NCBI GenBank assembly: GCA_964535935.1
Contig: CAZHWM010000028.1
Location: forward strand, 26,744 to 90,743
Source of the DNA: an uncultured Planctomycetales bacterium
GTDB lineage: Bacteria > Omnitrophota > Gorgyraeia > Zapsychrales > Zapsychraceae
Reading direction: 5' to 3'
Length of the DNA stretch: 64,000 nt
Position 1 is the stretch's first letter. Every line of letters begins with the position of its first letter. Under the pieces are notes generated by a model. The model was not told where the DNA came from. It saw only the letters and a program-made list of their open reading frames with translations, and made no database searches. A program made the translations under genes and the position numbers. This document shows, piece by piece, positions 1 to 8,433 of the stretch.

Positions 1-54
1 ACTACTTAAACCTAAAATATACATATCATTATACCCTTTCCATTTATTCAGAAC

Positions 55-121
55 CTCTATTCTGCACTATTTAACCTTGTTGATTTGTGCATTTTTCACT
101 ATTTAACAAGGTTGATTTGTG
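55..121. repeat. Tandem doublet of 25-nt imperfect palindromes (unit 1 at 65-89, unit 2 at 97-121, 7-nt spacer cattttt, 32-nt phasing). Preceded by ctctattctgca.
   Basis: Read directly: cactatttaaccttgttgatttgtg / cattttt / cactatttaacaaggttgatttgtg. The units differ only in the central triplet (ctt vs aag). Related copies at 8387-8411, 52652-52676, 54117-54141 and 63528-63584. Confidence 0.85.
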
Positions 122-130
122 AAATATAGG

Positions 131-1189
131 TTACCACCTAGAAGTATTTTGTTCATAAATCTGTTGTAACGTTTCATGCAGGTTGTATTTCTGTTTCCAG
201 TTTGGATAATGAGAACAAAATTTTTTTAAATTACTTATATACCAAATATGATCTCCTGCACGGTTCTGTTCACGGTAATTGTAATTTAATTTATTACCTG
301 TTATTTCTTCACATATCTGAATGGCTTCTAATATAGAACAACTATTAGTCCTGCCTCCACCTATATTATAAACTTCAGCAACCCTAGGAGACAGGTAAAA
401 ATGATAAAAGGCATTGACAAGATCATAACTGTGAATATTGTCTCTTACCTGTTTGCCTTTATATCCATAAATAGTATATTGTTCTCCTGTGACAAAGCAC
501 TTCATAAGGTATGCTAAAAAACCATGCATCTCTGTCCCTGAATGCATCGGTCCAGTAAGGCAACCTCCCCGAAAACATACTGTCTTTATCCCAAAATACC
601 TGCCGTATTCCTGAACCAATATATCAGCAGCAAGTTTAGAGGCACCAAATAACGAATGTTTTGATTGGTCTATACTCATTGTCTCATCTATTCCATCATA
701 AAAAGGATGGCTCTCATCTATCTCCCAACGTAACTGTTTTTCTTCTAAAGGCAAATAATTAGGTAGGTCGCCATAAACTTTATTAGTACTGGTAAAAATA
801 AATACTGCATCTGAACAATATTGTCTGGTTGCCTCAAGTAAATTTAAGGTCCCGTTAGCATTAATATTAAAATCTGTAACTGGTTCTTTGGCTGCCCAAT
901 CATGGGAGGGCTGTGCCGCTGTATGGATTATTAATTTAATATCCTGATTATATTCGTTAAATATAGAATCTATTTGTCTTGAATCCCTTATATCTATATT
1001 TTGATGGGTATAATTCTCTATCTTGTTTTCGAGTCTCTGTCTGTTCCATAGGGTAGAAGCTTCCTCACCAAAAAAATAACCGCGCATGTCATTATCTATA
1101 CCAACTATATAAAAACCCTTATCTGCAAAAAACTCTACTGCCTGTGAACCTATAAGACCAGCAGAACCAGTAATAATTGCTATATCCAT
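131..1189 (-). CDS. NAD-dependent epimerase/dehydratase (extended SDR family, nucleotide-sugar modifying)
   Basis: Start moved to the internal ATG giving [15 protein letters not shown] (Rossmann GxxGxxG). The longer ORF extension overlaps metF and is low complexity. Extended-SDR layout with an FGASK motif where YxxxK is expected. Confidence 0.85.
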   Translation of the reverse strand: MDIAIITGSAGLIGSQAVEFFADKGFYIVGIDNDMRGYFFGEEASTLWNRQRLENKIENYTHQNIDIRDSRQIDSIFNEYNQDIKLIIHTAAQPSHDWAAKEPVTDFNINANGTLNLLEATRQYCSDAVFIFTSTNKVYGDLPNYLPLEEKQLRWEIDESHPFYDGIDETMSIDQSKHSLFGASKLAADILVQEYGRYFGIKTVCFRGGCLTGPMHSGTEMHGFLAYLMKCFVTGEQYTIYGYKGKQVRDNIHSYDLVNAFYHFYLSPRVAEVYNIGGGRTNSCSILEAIQICEEITGNKLNYNYREQNRAGDHIWYISNLKKFCSHYPNWKQKYNLHETLQQIYEQNTSRW

Positions 1190-1313
1190 CTCATTCTTTA
1201 TATTAATTTTATAGTAAAAAATATTGATATTTCTTTTTTTAGTTCTATATTGAAAAGTAGTATTTGTTGTTTTAAAAAGCAATGTCTTATATATTACAGG
1301 AGAATTTTTTTTT

Positions 1314-2192
1314 ATGCAAAAGATAACTAAACTTTTCGAAAAAAAAGAAAAAACCTTTTCTTTTGAATTCTTTCCCCCCAAAACAGAGATAGGATATGAG
1401 AAATTAATTACTACAATTGAACATCTGTCCAAACTAAATCCAGATTTTATATCCTGCACATATGGTGCAGGTGGTGGAAACAGGGATAAAACATTCCATA
1501 TTGTTGAACATATACAAAACCATCATAAGATCATAGGTGTGGCACATTTAACCTGTGTACTAAATACAAAGGAAGACATAAAAAATATCCTGGATGATAT
1601 AAAATCTAGAAACATATGCAATATCCTTGCATTAAGAGGAGATCCTCCTCAGGAATTCCCCAATTGGGTACCCGGAGAAAATAATTTTCAATATAGTTAT
1701 CAGTTATGTCAATTTATACGACAAGAGTATGGTAATTTTTTTTCAATCGGCGTTGCAGGGTTCCCTGAAGGACATATATCATGCCATGACAGGGAATTGG
1801 ATGCAAAATACCTTAAAATAAAAATAGATAGCGGTGCTGATTTTGTGATTACACAACTATTTTTCGATAATCGGGATTATTTTGAATACGTACAGCGACT
1901 TAAAAAAATAGGAGTAACCGTACGTGTTATACCTGGAATACTGCCAATAACTAATTATCAAAATCTATTAAAATTCTGTTCTATGTGCGGTGCAAGTATC
2001 CCTGAAGAAGTAAAAAACATCTTTGAGCCCCTTAAAGACAACGCTGAGGCAACCCTTCAAGAAGGAATAAAGTTTGCGATACGTCAATGTAAAGATTTAT
2101 TAAAAAACGGGGCAGCCGGGATACATTTCTACACTTTAAACAAGATATCTCCTGTATTTGAAATACTTTCTGAGATAAAGAAACAAAACTAA
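1314..2192 (+). CDS. metF: 5,10-methylenetetrahydrofolate reductase
   Basis: [11 protein letters not shown]-terminus, LRGDPP and TQLFFD motifs typical of MetF. Length 292 aa. Confidence 0.92.
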   Translation: MQKITKLFEKKEKTFSFEFFPPKTEIGYEKLITTIEHLSKLNPDFISCTYGAGGGNRDKTFHIVEHIQNHHKIIGVAHLTCVLNTKEDIKNILDDIKSRNICNILALRGDPPQEFPNWVPGENNFQYSYQLCQFIRQEYGNFFSIGVAGFPEGHISCHDRELDAKYLKIKIDSGADFVITQLFFDNRDYFEYVQRLKKIGVTVRVIPGILPITNYQNLLKFCSMCGASIPEEVKNIFEPLKDNAEATLQEGIKFAIRQCKDLLKNGAAGIHFYTLNKISPVFEILSEIKKQN

Positions 2193-2204
2193 CAAAAAAT
2201 ATAA

Positions 2205-2720
2205 TTATTGTTTTGTGTTTTCTTTAAAATAAGTCATATAATCTTTTGGAATATCGTTTTCTACCGCCTTGACAATACCTTCTTTATCTATAAAGACAAA
2301 AGTTGGTATACCTAATATATTATACTTATCGCTGACAAAGTTATTATGATCTAATAAAATATCAAAATCTAATCCCCTCCTTTCTGCGTATGCCTTGACT
2401 GCCCGCATGCTTTCACCACCGTCTATAAGTATCATATATACCCCATTATGCTCAAATTCTTTCTTTCTTGCCTTAACCTCACCAATGGCCTCACGACAAT
2501 GTGGACACCATGTTGTCCAAAAAAATAATATAACGTTTTTCCCCTTTCTTATCTTTTCTAAATCAACCAAATCTCCCTTCAAAGAAGTCAAAACAAAATC
2601 TGGAGCCTTCTTCCCAATAATAGGATTTTTAAAAAGAAATAATACCTGTGCAGATACAGAAGAATATACAACAGAAGTTAATAAAAAAACCATTAACCAT
2701 AACTTTAATAATCTTTTCAT
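2205..2720 (-). CDS. Secreted TlpA/ResA-like thiol:disulfide oxidoreductase (thioredoxin fold)
   Basis: N-terminal signal peptide. WCPHC active site. 4-nt overlap with the upstream CcdA gene. Confidence 0.88.
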   Translation of the reverse strand: MKRLLKLWLMVFLLTSVVYSSVSAQVLFLFKNPIIGKKAPDFVLTSLKGDLVDLEKIRKGKNVILFFWTTWCPHCREAIGEVKARKKEFEHNGVYMILIDGGESMRAVKAYAERRGLDFDILLDHNNFVSDKYNILGIPTFVFIDKEGIVKAVENDIPKDYMTYFKENTKQ

Positions 2721-3391
2721 AATAATCTCCCTGTCTGTATTAAAAAATATTCTCCAAAACCTAATAGGACAGCTCCACAGAGACGTTTAATGAATCCCAT
2801 CCACACCCCTGCCCTTGGCATATAATTTAAAATACTAGTGAATGTTCCCACTAATATTAAAGAAAAACCCACTCCATAGGAAAATACAAACATAAGACTT
2901 ATTCCATACCATATATTATGTCTTGAAGCAATATACATCAACAACGCACCTAATATAGGGACAGAACACGCACCAACTATCATTCCCGCAGTCATACCAA
3001 ATAAAATAACACTAAAAATACCTTTACGATGTAATTTAATATTGCCTTTACCTATGTTTAACGTAGGGAATTTTATAATATCAAACATTACAAACGCAAA
3101 AAAAATTAAAACATTTGCGTTTATAATATAAACAATAGGACTATTTTGTAACTGCCCAAACACCTTCCCTGTCAACGCCGCAACTACTGCCATGGAACAA
3201 TAACTTACTGATAGCCCAAATACATATAATAAAGAAAGAATAAATCCCTTAAACATTGTTCCATTTGTATTCATGCCTGCAATAAAACTGGCAGTAATAG
3301 GCATTACAGGATAAAGACAAGGGGTAAAACTCATCATTACCCCAGCAAAAAAAACACTAAAATAACTCAAGATTCCTGATGGTAAATTCAT
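2717..3391 (-). CDS. ccdA: Cytochrome c biogenesis / DsbD-type transmembrane electron transporter (CcdA family)
   Basis: Polytopic membrane protein with conserved Cys in TM1 (FTPCLYPV) and a later Cys (GACSVP). Coupled to the TlpA-like gene. Confidence 0.85.
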   Translation of the reverse strand: MNLPSGILSYFSVFFAGVMMSFTPCLYPVMPITASFIAGMNTNGTMFKGFILSLLYVFGLSVSYCSMAVVAALTGKVFGQLQNSPIVYIINANVLIFFAFVMFDIIKFPTLNIGKGNIKLHRKGIFSVILFGMTAGMIVGACSVPILGALLMYIASRHNIWYGISLMFVFSYGVGFSLILVGTFTSILNYMPRAGVWMGFIKRLCGAVLLGFGEYFLIQTGRLL

Positions 3392-3588
3392 ATATATCTT
3401 CTATTTTTCAATTTTTTTATTGTTATAAAAAGGAACCTTATTTATAGGAAAATTTATCTTACTATAAAAAAAGGGAGATTTCCATCCTAATCTTGTTATA
3501 AAATTTTCAATCCTATCTATCCATTTAATAAAGACAAATTATACCATTAGCGGTTGAAAGGCTATCGCTCAGATGATATTATAATTTT

Positions 3589-4314
3589 ATGTTCCAATAT
3601 TTTCTCGATGGTATATGCAATCTAATCTATCCAAACTCTTGCTTACTATGTAGACAGTATATTTTAAATGACAGAAAAGATAGTATAATATGTACTAATT
3701 GTTTCGCGCAGATAAAATTTAATGTTCCCCCGTTTTGTCCAAAATGTTCAAGACATATAGCATCTGATTTAAAAGGAATAAGATGTAAAGAATGTATGTA
3801 CAGATATCCAGCATTTGACTTTGCATGGGCAGCATGTTGTTATAATAACACTATACGGGAACTAATACATTTATTTAAATATAAGCAAAAGACTGCATTA
3901 CGTAAGCTATTTTCTAATCTTATCATTTCCTTTATAAAGGAATATAACCTTGATATAGCACAGTTTAACGTAATTGTTCCTATTCCTTTATTTTCCACAA
4001 AACTGCGCGAGAGAGGATATAATCAATCACTATTAATAGCAAAAATATTATCTGATCAGTTTAAGATACCTGTTCTGGATAATAATCTTGTTCGTGTTAA
4101 AAATACTAAAAGCCAATCTCTGTTGGATCGAAAAGAACGCTGGACAAATATAAAAGGGGCTTTTAAAATAAAAAATCCTCTTATTTTTTCTGATAAAAGG
4201 ATATTATTGATAGATGATTTGCTTACCACAGGCGCAACTACATCTGAGGCAGCAAACGTATTAAAAGATAATGGAGCAGAAATAGTAGGGGTATTAACTC
4301 TTGCTGTTACATAA
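3589..4314 (+). CDS. comF: ComF family protein (phosphoribosyltransferase domain with N-terminal Cys-rich zinc-binding region)
   Basis: Paired CxxC motifs at the N-terminus. C-terminal PRPP-binding loop ILLIDDLLTTGATT. Confidence 0.85.
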   Translation: MFQYFLDGICNLIYPNSCLLCRQYILNDRKDSIICTNCFAQIKFNVPPFCPKCSRHIASDLKGIRCKECMYRYPAFDFAWAACCYNNTIRELIHLFKYKQKTALRKLFSNLIISFIKEYNLDIAQFNVIVPIPLFSTKLRERGYNQSLLIAKILSDQFKIPVLDNNLVRVKNTKSQSLLDRKERWTNIKGAFKIKNPLIFSDKRILLIDDLLTTGATTSEAANVLKDNGAEIVGVLTLAVT

Positions 4315-4354
4315 TAATATCTCGTATTCAAAAATATTTTAATAACCCATAATT

Positions 4355-5443
4355 ATGAGAATTATACGAAATTATATATTAACAGAGTGTATACTGCCTT
4401 TTTTCTTATCCCTAGGAATATTAACCTGTGTATTTCTATTAGGTAACCTTGTTCAGTTAACCAACCTTGTTGTTAATAAAGGGGTAAGCCTTACAATAAT
4501 AGGAAGGGTGTTTGTTCTATATATCCCTGTATTGCTTGGATATACTTTGCCCATAGCCTGTCTTATTAGTGTAGTTATAACATTCAGCAGACTATCTGCC
4601 GATAACGAGATAGTTGCTATGCGCGCTTGTGGAATACATCTAAATAAACTGCTCTATCCAGTAATAAGTTTAGGTATAATATTAAGTCTGTTTCTTATTA
4701 TCTTGAATGAAAAAATTATCCCTTATGCCCATTATAAACAAAGAAGCTTATTAAAAAATTTGGGTGTACAAAATCCTACCGCCTTTCTTGAGCCAGGTAT
4801 ATTTATACATGCATTTAATAACTCTATATTATTTATTCATAAAATACATGATAATAAAATGTATAATATAAACATCTATCAACCTCAAAAAGACGGACAT
4901 ACCCGTACAATATTCGCTGAAAGAGGAGAATTTGCCCCCGTGCCAGGTAAAGATCAGATAAAATTAAAACTTATAAATGGCTGTGCTGATGAACCTAATA
5001 TTAATGGTAATAAAGGCAATTTTTATAAATTAAATTTTAATACATATTTCATTACTCTGGACCTCACAAAAAAGAAAAATAAGATAGATAAAAAGCCCAA
5101 AAGTATGACATTAAAAGAATTACGTAAAGAAATAAATAAATTGGAAATGTTTTTAGTGGATACATCTCAACTTCGCACAGAATACTATAGAAAGATAACA
5201 TGGTCATTCTCAGCATTTGTATTTGTTTTACTAGGATTTCCTTTAGCAGTTATCACCAACAAAAGAGAACGATCTGCCAATGTGGTAGTTGCAGTTATAT
5301 GCGCTCTTTGTTATTATTTATTATCATTGGGTTGTCAGGCCTTAAGCCTGCAAAAGATTGCCTCACCAGCATTAATCATGTGGGTACCAAATGTTACGTT
5401 TTTAATTATATCATTAATACTAATTAGAAAATGCGTATCTTAG
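4355..5443 (+). CDS. lptF: LPS export ABC permease LptF (YjgP/YjgQ family)
   Basis: YjgP/YjgQ architecture (3 TM, periplasmic domain, 3 TM). Adjacent paralog. N-terminal ILxxY...F motif. Confidence 0.85.
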   Translation: MRIIRNYILTECILPFFLSLGILTCVFLLGNLVQLTNLVVNKGVSLTIIGRVFVLYIPVLLGYTLPIACLISVVITFSRLSADNEIVAMRACGIHLNKLLYPVISLGIILSLFLIILNEKIIPYAHYKQRSLLKNLGVQNPTAFLEPGIFIHAFNNSILFIHKIHDNKMYNINIYQPQKDGHTRTIFAERGEFAPVPGKDQIKLKLINGCADEPNINGNKGNFYKLNFNTYFITLDLTKKKNKIDKKPKSMTLKELRKEINKLEMFLVDTSQLRTEYYRKITWSFSAFVFVLLGFPLAVITNKRERSANVVVAVICALCYYLLSLGCQALSLQKIASPALIMWVPNVTFLIISLILIRKCVS

Positions 5444-6534
5444 ACAAATATATTAATAATTCCATAATCAAGATATTTATCTCAACTCTGTTTATTTTTT
5501 GCTTCTTATATATCTTTATTGATATAACCTCTACTTTAGATGAGATAATAGACAGGAAAATACCAATCAAAATACTAGTCCAATATTATATTTATTTTCT
5601 GCCTATTATTATAAGTCAAATAACACCTGCAGCCTGTTTAATAGCAGTAATATTTACTTTCAGCGGGCTCAATAATAAAAACGAGATCATTGCCCTTCGA
5701 TCAAGTGGACTAAACTTTTGGCAGATTACAAAACCTGCTCTTATATTTGGAATATTGGTATCTGTATTAGTATTCTGGCTTAATGAGAAATATGTCCCCA
5801 AAGCTACATTAATCACCCAAAAAATACGCAATGAAAATATGATACTCAAGGCTGACCGTATATTAAAAAAACAGGAGATTAAAGACCTTACCTTCTATGG
5901 ATATGGGAATCGTATATATTATATTGCATTATACAACCCCAAAACATATGATCTTAAAGGTATTGATATCAGTGAATTTGATAAAAATCAACATATAAAA
6001 AAAAGAATAACAGCCTTAAAAGGTATATGGACAGGTATTGCATGGAAGTTCTTCAACTGTAATATAGAATTATATAATCCAGAAAAAAGTAATATGCCTA
6101 TAAAAGTAAAAGTCTATAAAGAAAAATTAATGAAAATAAAAGAAACCCCTCAAGATTTCGTAAAACAAAGACTCAATGTGTCTGCAATGAATTTAAAACA
6201 ACTCAGGGAATTTATTGAAAAATTCTCTAAAAGTGGTGCAACAAGGGCAATAAACGAACGTATGGTAGATTATTATCATAAAATATCATATCCTTTTGCA
6301 AGTTTTTTTGTAGTGCTAATAAGCCTACCTTTTTCTATAATGATAAAAAGTAGAAAACATGCTAATCTAACCTCTCTTTTCATAGCTGTATGTATAGGAT
6401 TCTTATTCTATGTAACAGATGCACTATCTATAGCTTTTGGAAAAGGCGGTGTATTCCCTCCTCTTCTTGCTGCATGGATAGCACCTTTATTATTCACCGG
6501 CATAGCCATTATACTTATAGAATCCCAACCGTAA
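5431..6534 (+). CDS. lptG: LPS export ABC permease LptG (YjgP/YjgQ family)
   Basis: MRILDKYI N-terminus and YjgP/YjgQ topology. Overlaps lptF by 13 nt. Confidence 0.85.
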   Translation: MRILDKYINNSIIKIFISTLFIFCFLYIFIDITSTLDEIIDRKIPIKILVQYYIYFLPIIISQITPAACLIAVIFTFSGLNNKNEIIALRSSGLNFWQITKPALIFGILVSVLVFWLNEKYVPKATLITQKIRNENMILKADRILKKQEIKDLTFYGYGNRIYYIALYNPKTYDLKGIDISEFDKNQHIKKRITALKGIWTGIAWKFFNCNIELYNPEKSNMPIKVKVYKEKLMKIKETPQDFVKQRLNVSAMNLKQLREFIEKFSKSGATRAINERMVDYYHKISYPFASFFVVLISLPFSIMIKSRKHANLTSLFIAVCIGFLFYVTDALSIAFGKGGVFPPLLAAWIAPLLFTGIAIILIESQP

Positions 6535-6555
6535 AAAAGCTAAATCTTAACATCG

Positions 6556-6858
6556 TTACAAAAATTCTATTTTATAATCACTTATCTCAATTTCTGGATA
6601 CCTATCTATAAAAGCAATAATATTTTGCAGGCAACTGTCAACATAACGCTTATCATTTCCTATCATGCATATTGCAAGTACTGCTATCTGCCATTTATCA
6701 TAACAATCTATCTCTGCAATGGAAACATTAAATCTATCTTTAAGCTTATCTTTCGTTCCCTTTATAAGCATGCGTTTCTGTTTCAAAGACTGAGCCATAC
6801 CTATAAAAAGACGTATATATAAAATACCAATATGATGAGTAGCTATATCTTCTATCAT
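6556..6858 (-). CDS. DUF503 (YlxP-like) family protein
   Basis: About 100 aa with the SLKQKR motif near the N-terminus, characteristic of DUF503. Confidence 0.7.
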   Translation of the reverse strand: MIEDIATHHIGILYIRLFIGMAQSLKQKRMLIKGTKDKLKDRFNVSIAEIDCYDKWQIAVLAICMIGNDKRYVDSCLQNIIAFIDRYPEIEISDYKIEFL

Positions 6859-6884
6859 ATCTTTATAATATATAACTAATAAAA

Positions 6885-7400
6885 TTAGTCATTTTGCTTA
6901 CGTTTATGTTCCTTGGCCTCCTTATATTTTATATATTTTTCCCTCATTCTTTTCAATCTAGCTGCCTTACACGGATGCTTTCTTAAAAATTCTTTTCGTT
7001 TTTCTCGTCTCTTAGCATAATCAGGATGCCTTCTAATCCAACGATTATATCTCCTCACAACCCGTGCTATCCTTCTATATGCCTTTATCAATTTCCTATC
7101 ACTACACAACCGTTTTGCAATAACAGGATGTTTTAGCAACCATCCTGTATTTGAATAAAGTGCATATGCTACCCTTGGATGAGAATGGAGCCATTTCTTA
7201 TCATTATAAAGCCTTGCTGCCACTTTAGAATGTTTTTCTAGCCATTTTCCACTAAAGAATAATCTTCGCACCAACCTAGGATGTTCTCTAAGATAATTTA
7301 CATCATCATCCTTAACTCTATCTCTTGCAACTACAATGGATGAAGTCAATAAAAACATAAGAACAAACAACATCTGTAACCCTGCTCTTCTATTCTTCAT
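6885..7400 (-). CDS. Secreted, highly basic protein made of seven 17-aa tandem repeats (consensus W-L-x-K-H-P-x-x-A-x-R-L)
   Basis: Signal peptide, then LREHPRLVRRLFFSGKW / LEKHSKVAARLYNDKKW / LHSHPRVAYALYSNTGW / LLKHPVIAKRLCSDRKL / IKAYRRIARVVRRYNRW / IRRHPDYAKRREKRKEF / LRKHPCKAARLKRMREK. Confidence 0.75.
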   Translation of the reverse strand: MKNRRAGLQMLFVLMFLLTSSIVVARDRVKDDDVNYLREHPRLVRRLFFSGKWLEKHSKVAARLYNDKKWLHSHPRVAYALYSNTGWLLKHPVIAKRLCSDRKLIKAYRRIARVVRRYNRWIRRHPDYAKRREKRKEFLRKHPCKAARLKRMREKYIKYKEAKEHKRKQND

Positions 7401-7447
7401 ACTCTATCTCCCATCCATTTTAATTTTTGTTAGTTAGTCTTAACAGC

Positions 7448-8080
7448 CTATCTTCTGCCTCCATGAAAAGTGCCCCTACCACCAAATGATGATATACCCC
7501 CCGAGCTGGCACCCATCCCAAATCTTCCTCTATCTATCTGCCTAAACATCTGCCTTATCTTTTCTCTTTTAGTTTCATCCATATTCCTCCACAATCTTTC
7601 TTTCTTTCGTAAACGTTTTCTTTTCTCCGCAGACATACGTTTAAAACGCCGATATCTCTGTCGTATCTTTTGTTTTTTCTTTTCATCAAGAGCCTCCCAT
7701 CTCTTATATGCCTTACGTAATTGTTTCCTACGTTTCTCGCTAAGACGTTTATATCGAAACCAATTCCTACGTATCCTACGCTTATCTTCATTCGACATTT
7801 GCTTATATTTACGAAACCTCTCTTTTATAATCTTTTTCCTTTCCGGAGAAAGTCCTTCCCATATTTTAAGTCTCTCCCGCAACAGTTCCTTCTGTTTGGG
7901 GCTCAATTTCTCCCACTTCTTATACGCCTCACTTTTCTTTAATTGCTCCTCTTCTGATGTATCTGTGGCAGAACCCAATAACCCTTTTGCAGCATATACT
8001 GTTCTAACCGGATATAATGTCACCAAAATATATAACCCCAAAAATATTATCATATTCTTTTTTAATATCTCTCTACTCAT
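7448..8080 (-). CDS. Secreted basic repeat protein, DUF3106-like (seven 18-aa repeats, Gly/Arg-rich tail)
   Basis: Signal peptide (VYA/AK). Repeats are WEKLSPKQKELLRERLKI, WEGLSPERKKIIKERFRK and five more at exact 18-aa period. The W-x-x-L-S-P-x-x-K pattern recalls DUF3106 proteins found beside ECF sigma factors. Confidence 0.75.
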   Translation of the reverse strand: MSREILKKNMIIFLGLYILVTLYPVRTVYAAKGLLGSATDTSEEEQLKKSEAYKKWEKLSPKQKELLRERLKIWEGLSPERKKIIKERFRKYKQMSNEDKRRIRRNWFRYKRLSEKRRKQLRKAYKRWEALDEKKKQKIRQRYRRFKRMSAEKRKRLRKKERLWRNMDETKREKIRQMFRQIDRGRFGMGASSGGISSFGGRGTFHGGRR

Positions 8081-8081
8081 A

Positions 8082-8327
8082 TTATTCTCCTTTATATACC
8101 CTTTTATCTATAACATCCAAATCTTTTAATAAATCAGGATCTTCTTCTAAGAAATTTAATATTTCCAATAACTCTAAATTTTTTATTACCTCCACATCTT
8201 CCTTCGATAAAATCTCTCCTCTCTGAGTAGGCTTCTTTTTTTCTTTTGCACAAATTCCATCGTAAACTACTATATATTCCATTAAAAAAAACACCAAAAA
8301 AGCTAATATCCAACTAGCTACCTTCAT
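8082..8327 (-). CDS. Small membrane-anchored protein with acidic Leu-rich tail
   Basis: N-terminal hydrophobic helix. Tail is NLELLEILNFLEEDPDLLKDLDVI. Stop lies 1 nt from the start of the next gene. Confidence 0.6.
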   Translation of the reverse strand: MKVASWILAFLVFFLMEYIVVYDGICAKEKKKPTQRGEILSKEDVEVIKNLELLEILNFLEEDPDLLKDLDVIDKRVYKGE

Positions 8328-8386
8328 TAAATTTCCTTTCTTTGAAATGTATTCTCTCTTCTTATCTGAATTTTACCTTTTTTTTA

Positions 8387-8411
8387 CAACTCAAACAAGG
8401 TTGAATTACAA
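8387..8411. repeat. Degenerate single unit of the intergenic palindromic repeat family
   Basis: caactcaaacaaggttgaattacaa shares the aacaaggttga core. Its reverse complement shares taattcaaYcttgtt with the diverged unit at 63560-63584. Confidence 0.5.
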
Positions 8412-8433
8412 AATAAAAAATAAAGATAATAAA

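Noticed and set aside
1190-1459. 90-codon N-terminal extension of the epimerase ORF (track ORF 131..1459), which overlaps the metF start
   Set aside because: The extension is low-complexity Ile/Lys/Asn-rich. It overlaps metF and the divergent promoter gap. An internal ATG at 1189 gives a canonical Rossmann N-terminus ([15 protein letters not shown]).
4442-4482. Two aaccttgtt 9-mers (the repeat-family core) 15 nt apart inside lptF
   Set aside because: The flanking arms of the repeat are absent. The 9-mers simply encode the Asn-Leu-Val of GNLVQLTNLVVNKG. This is most likely coincidence in AT-rich coding sequence.
7470-8129. 219-aa plus-strand ORF, with nested ORFs at 7555-7791 and 7721-7942
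   Set aside because: It is antisense to the Lys/Arg-repeat gene. Its Leu/Phe/Ser-rich low-complexity translation is the mirror image of AAG/AGA-rich coding DNA. There is no RBS or family signal.
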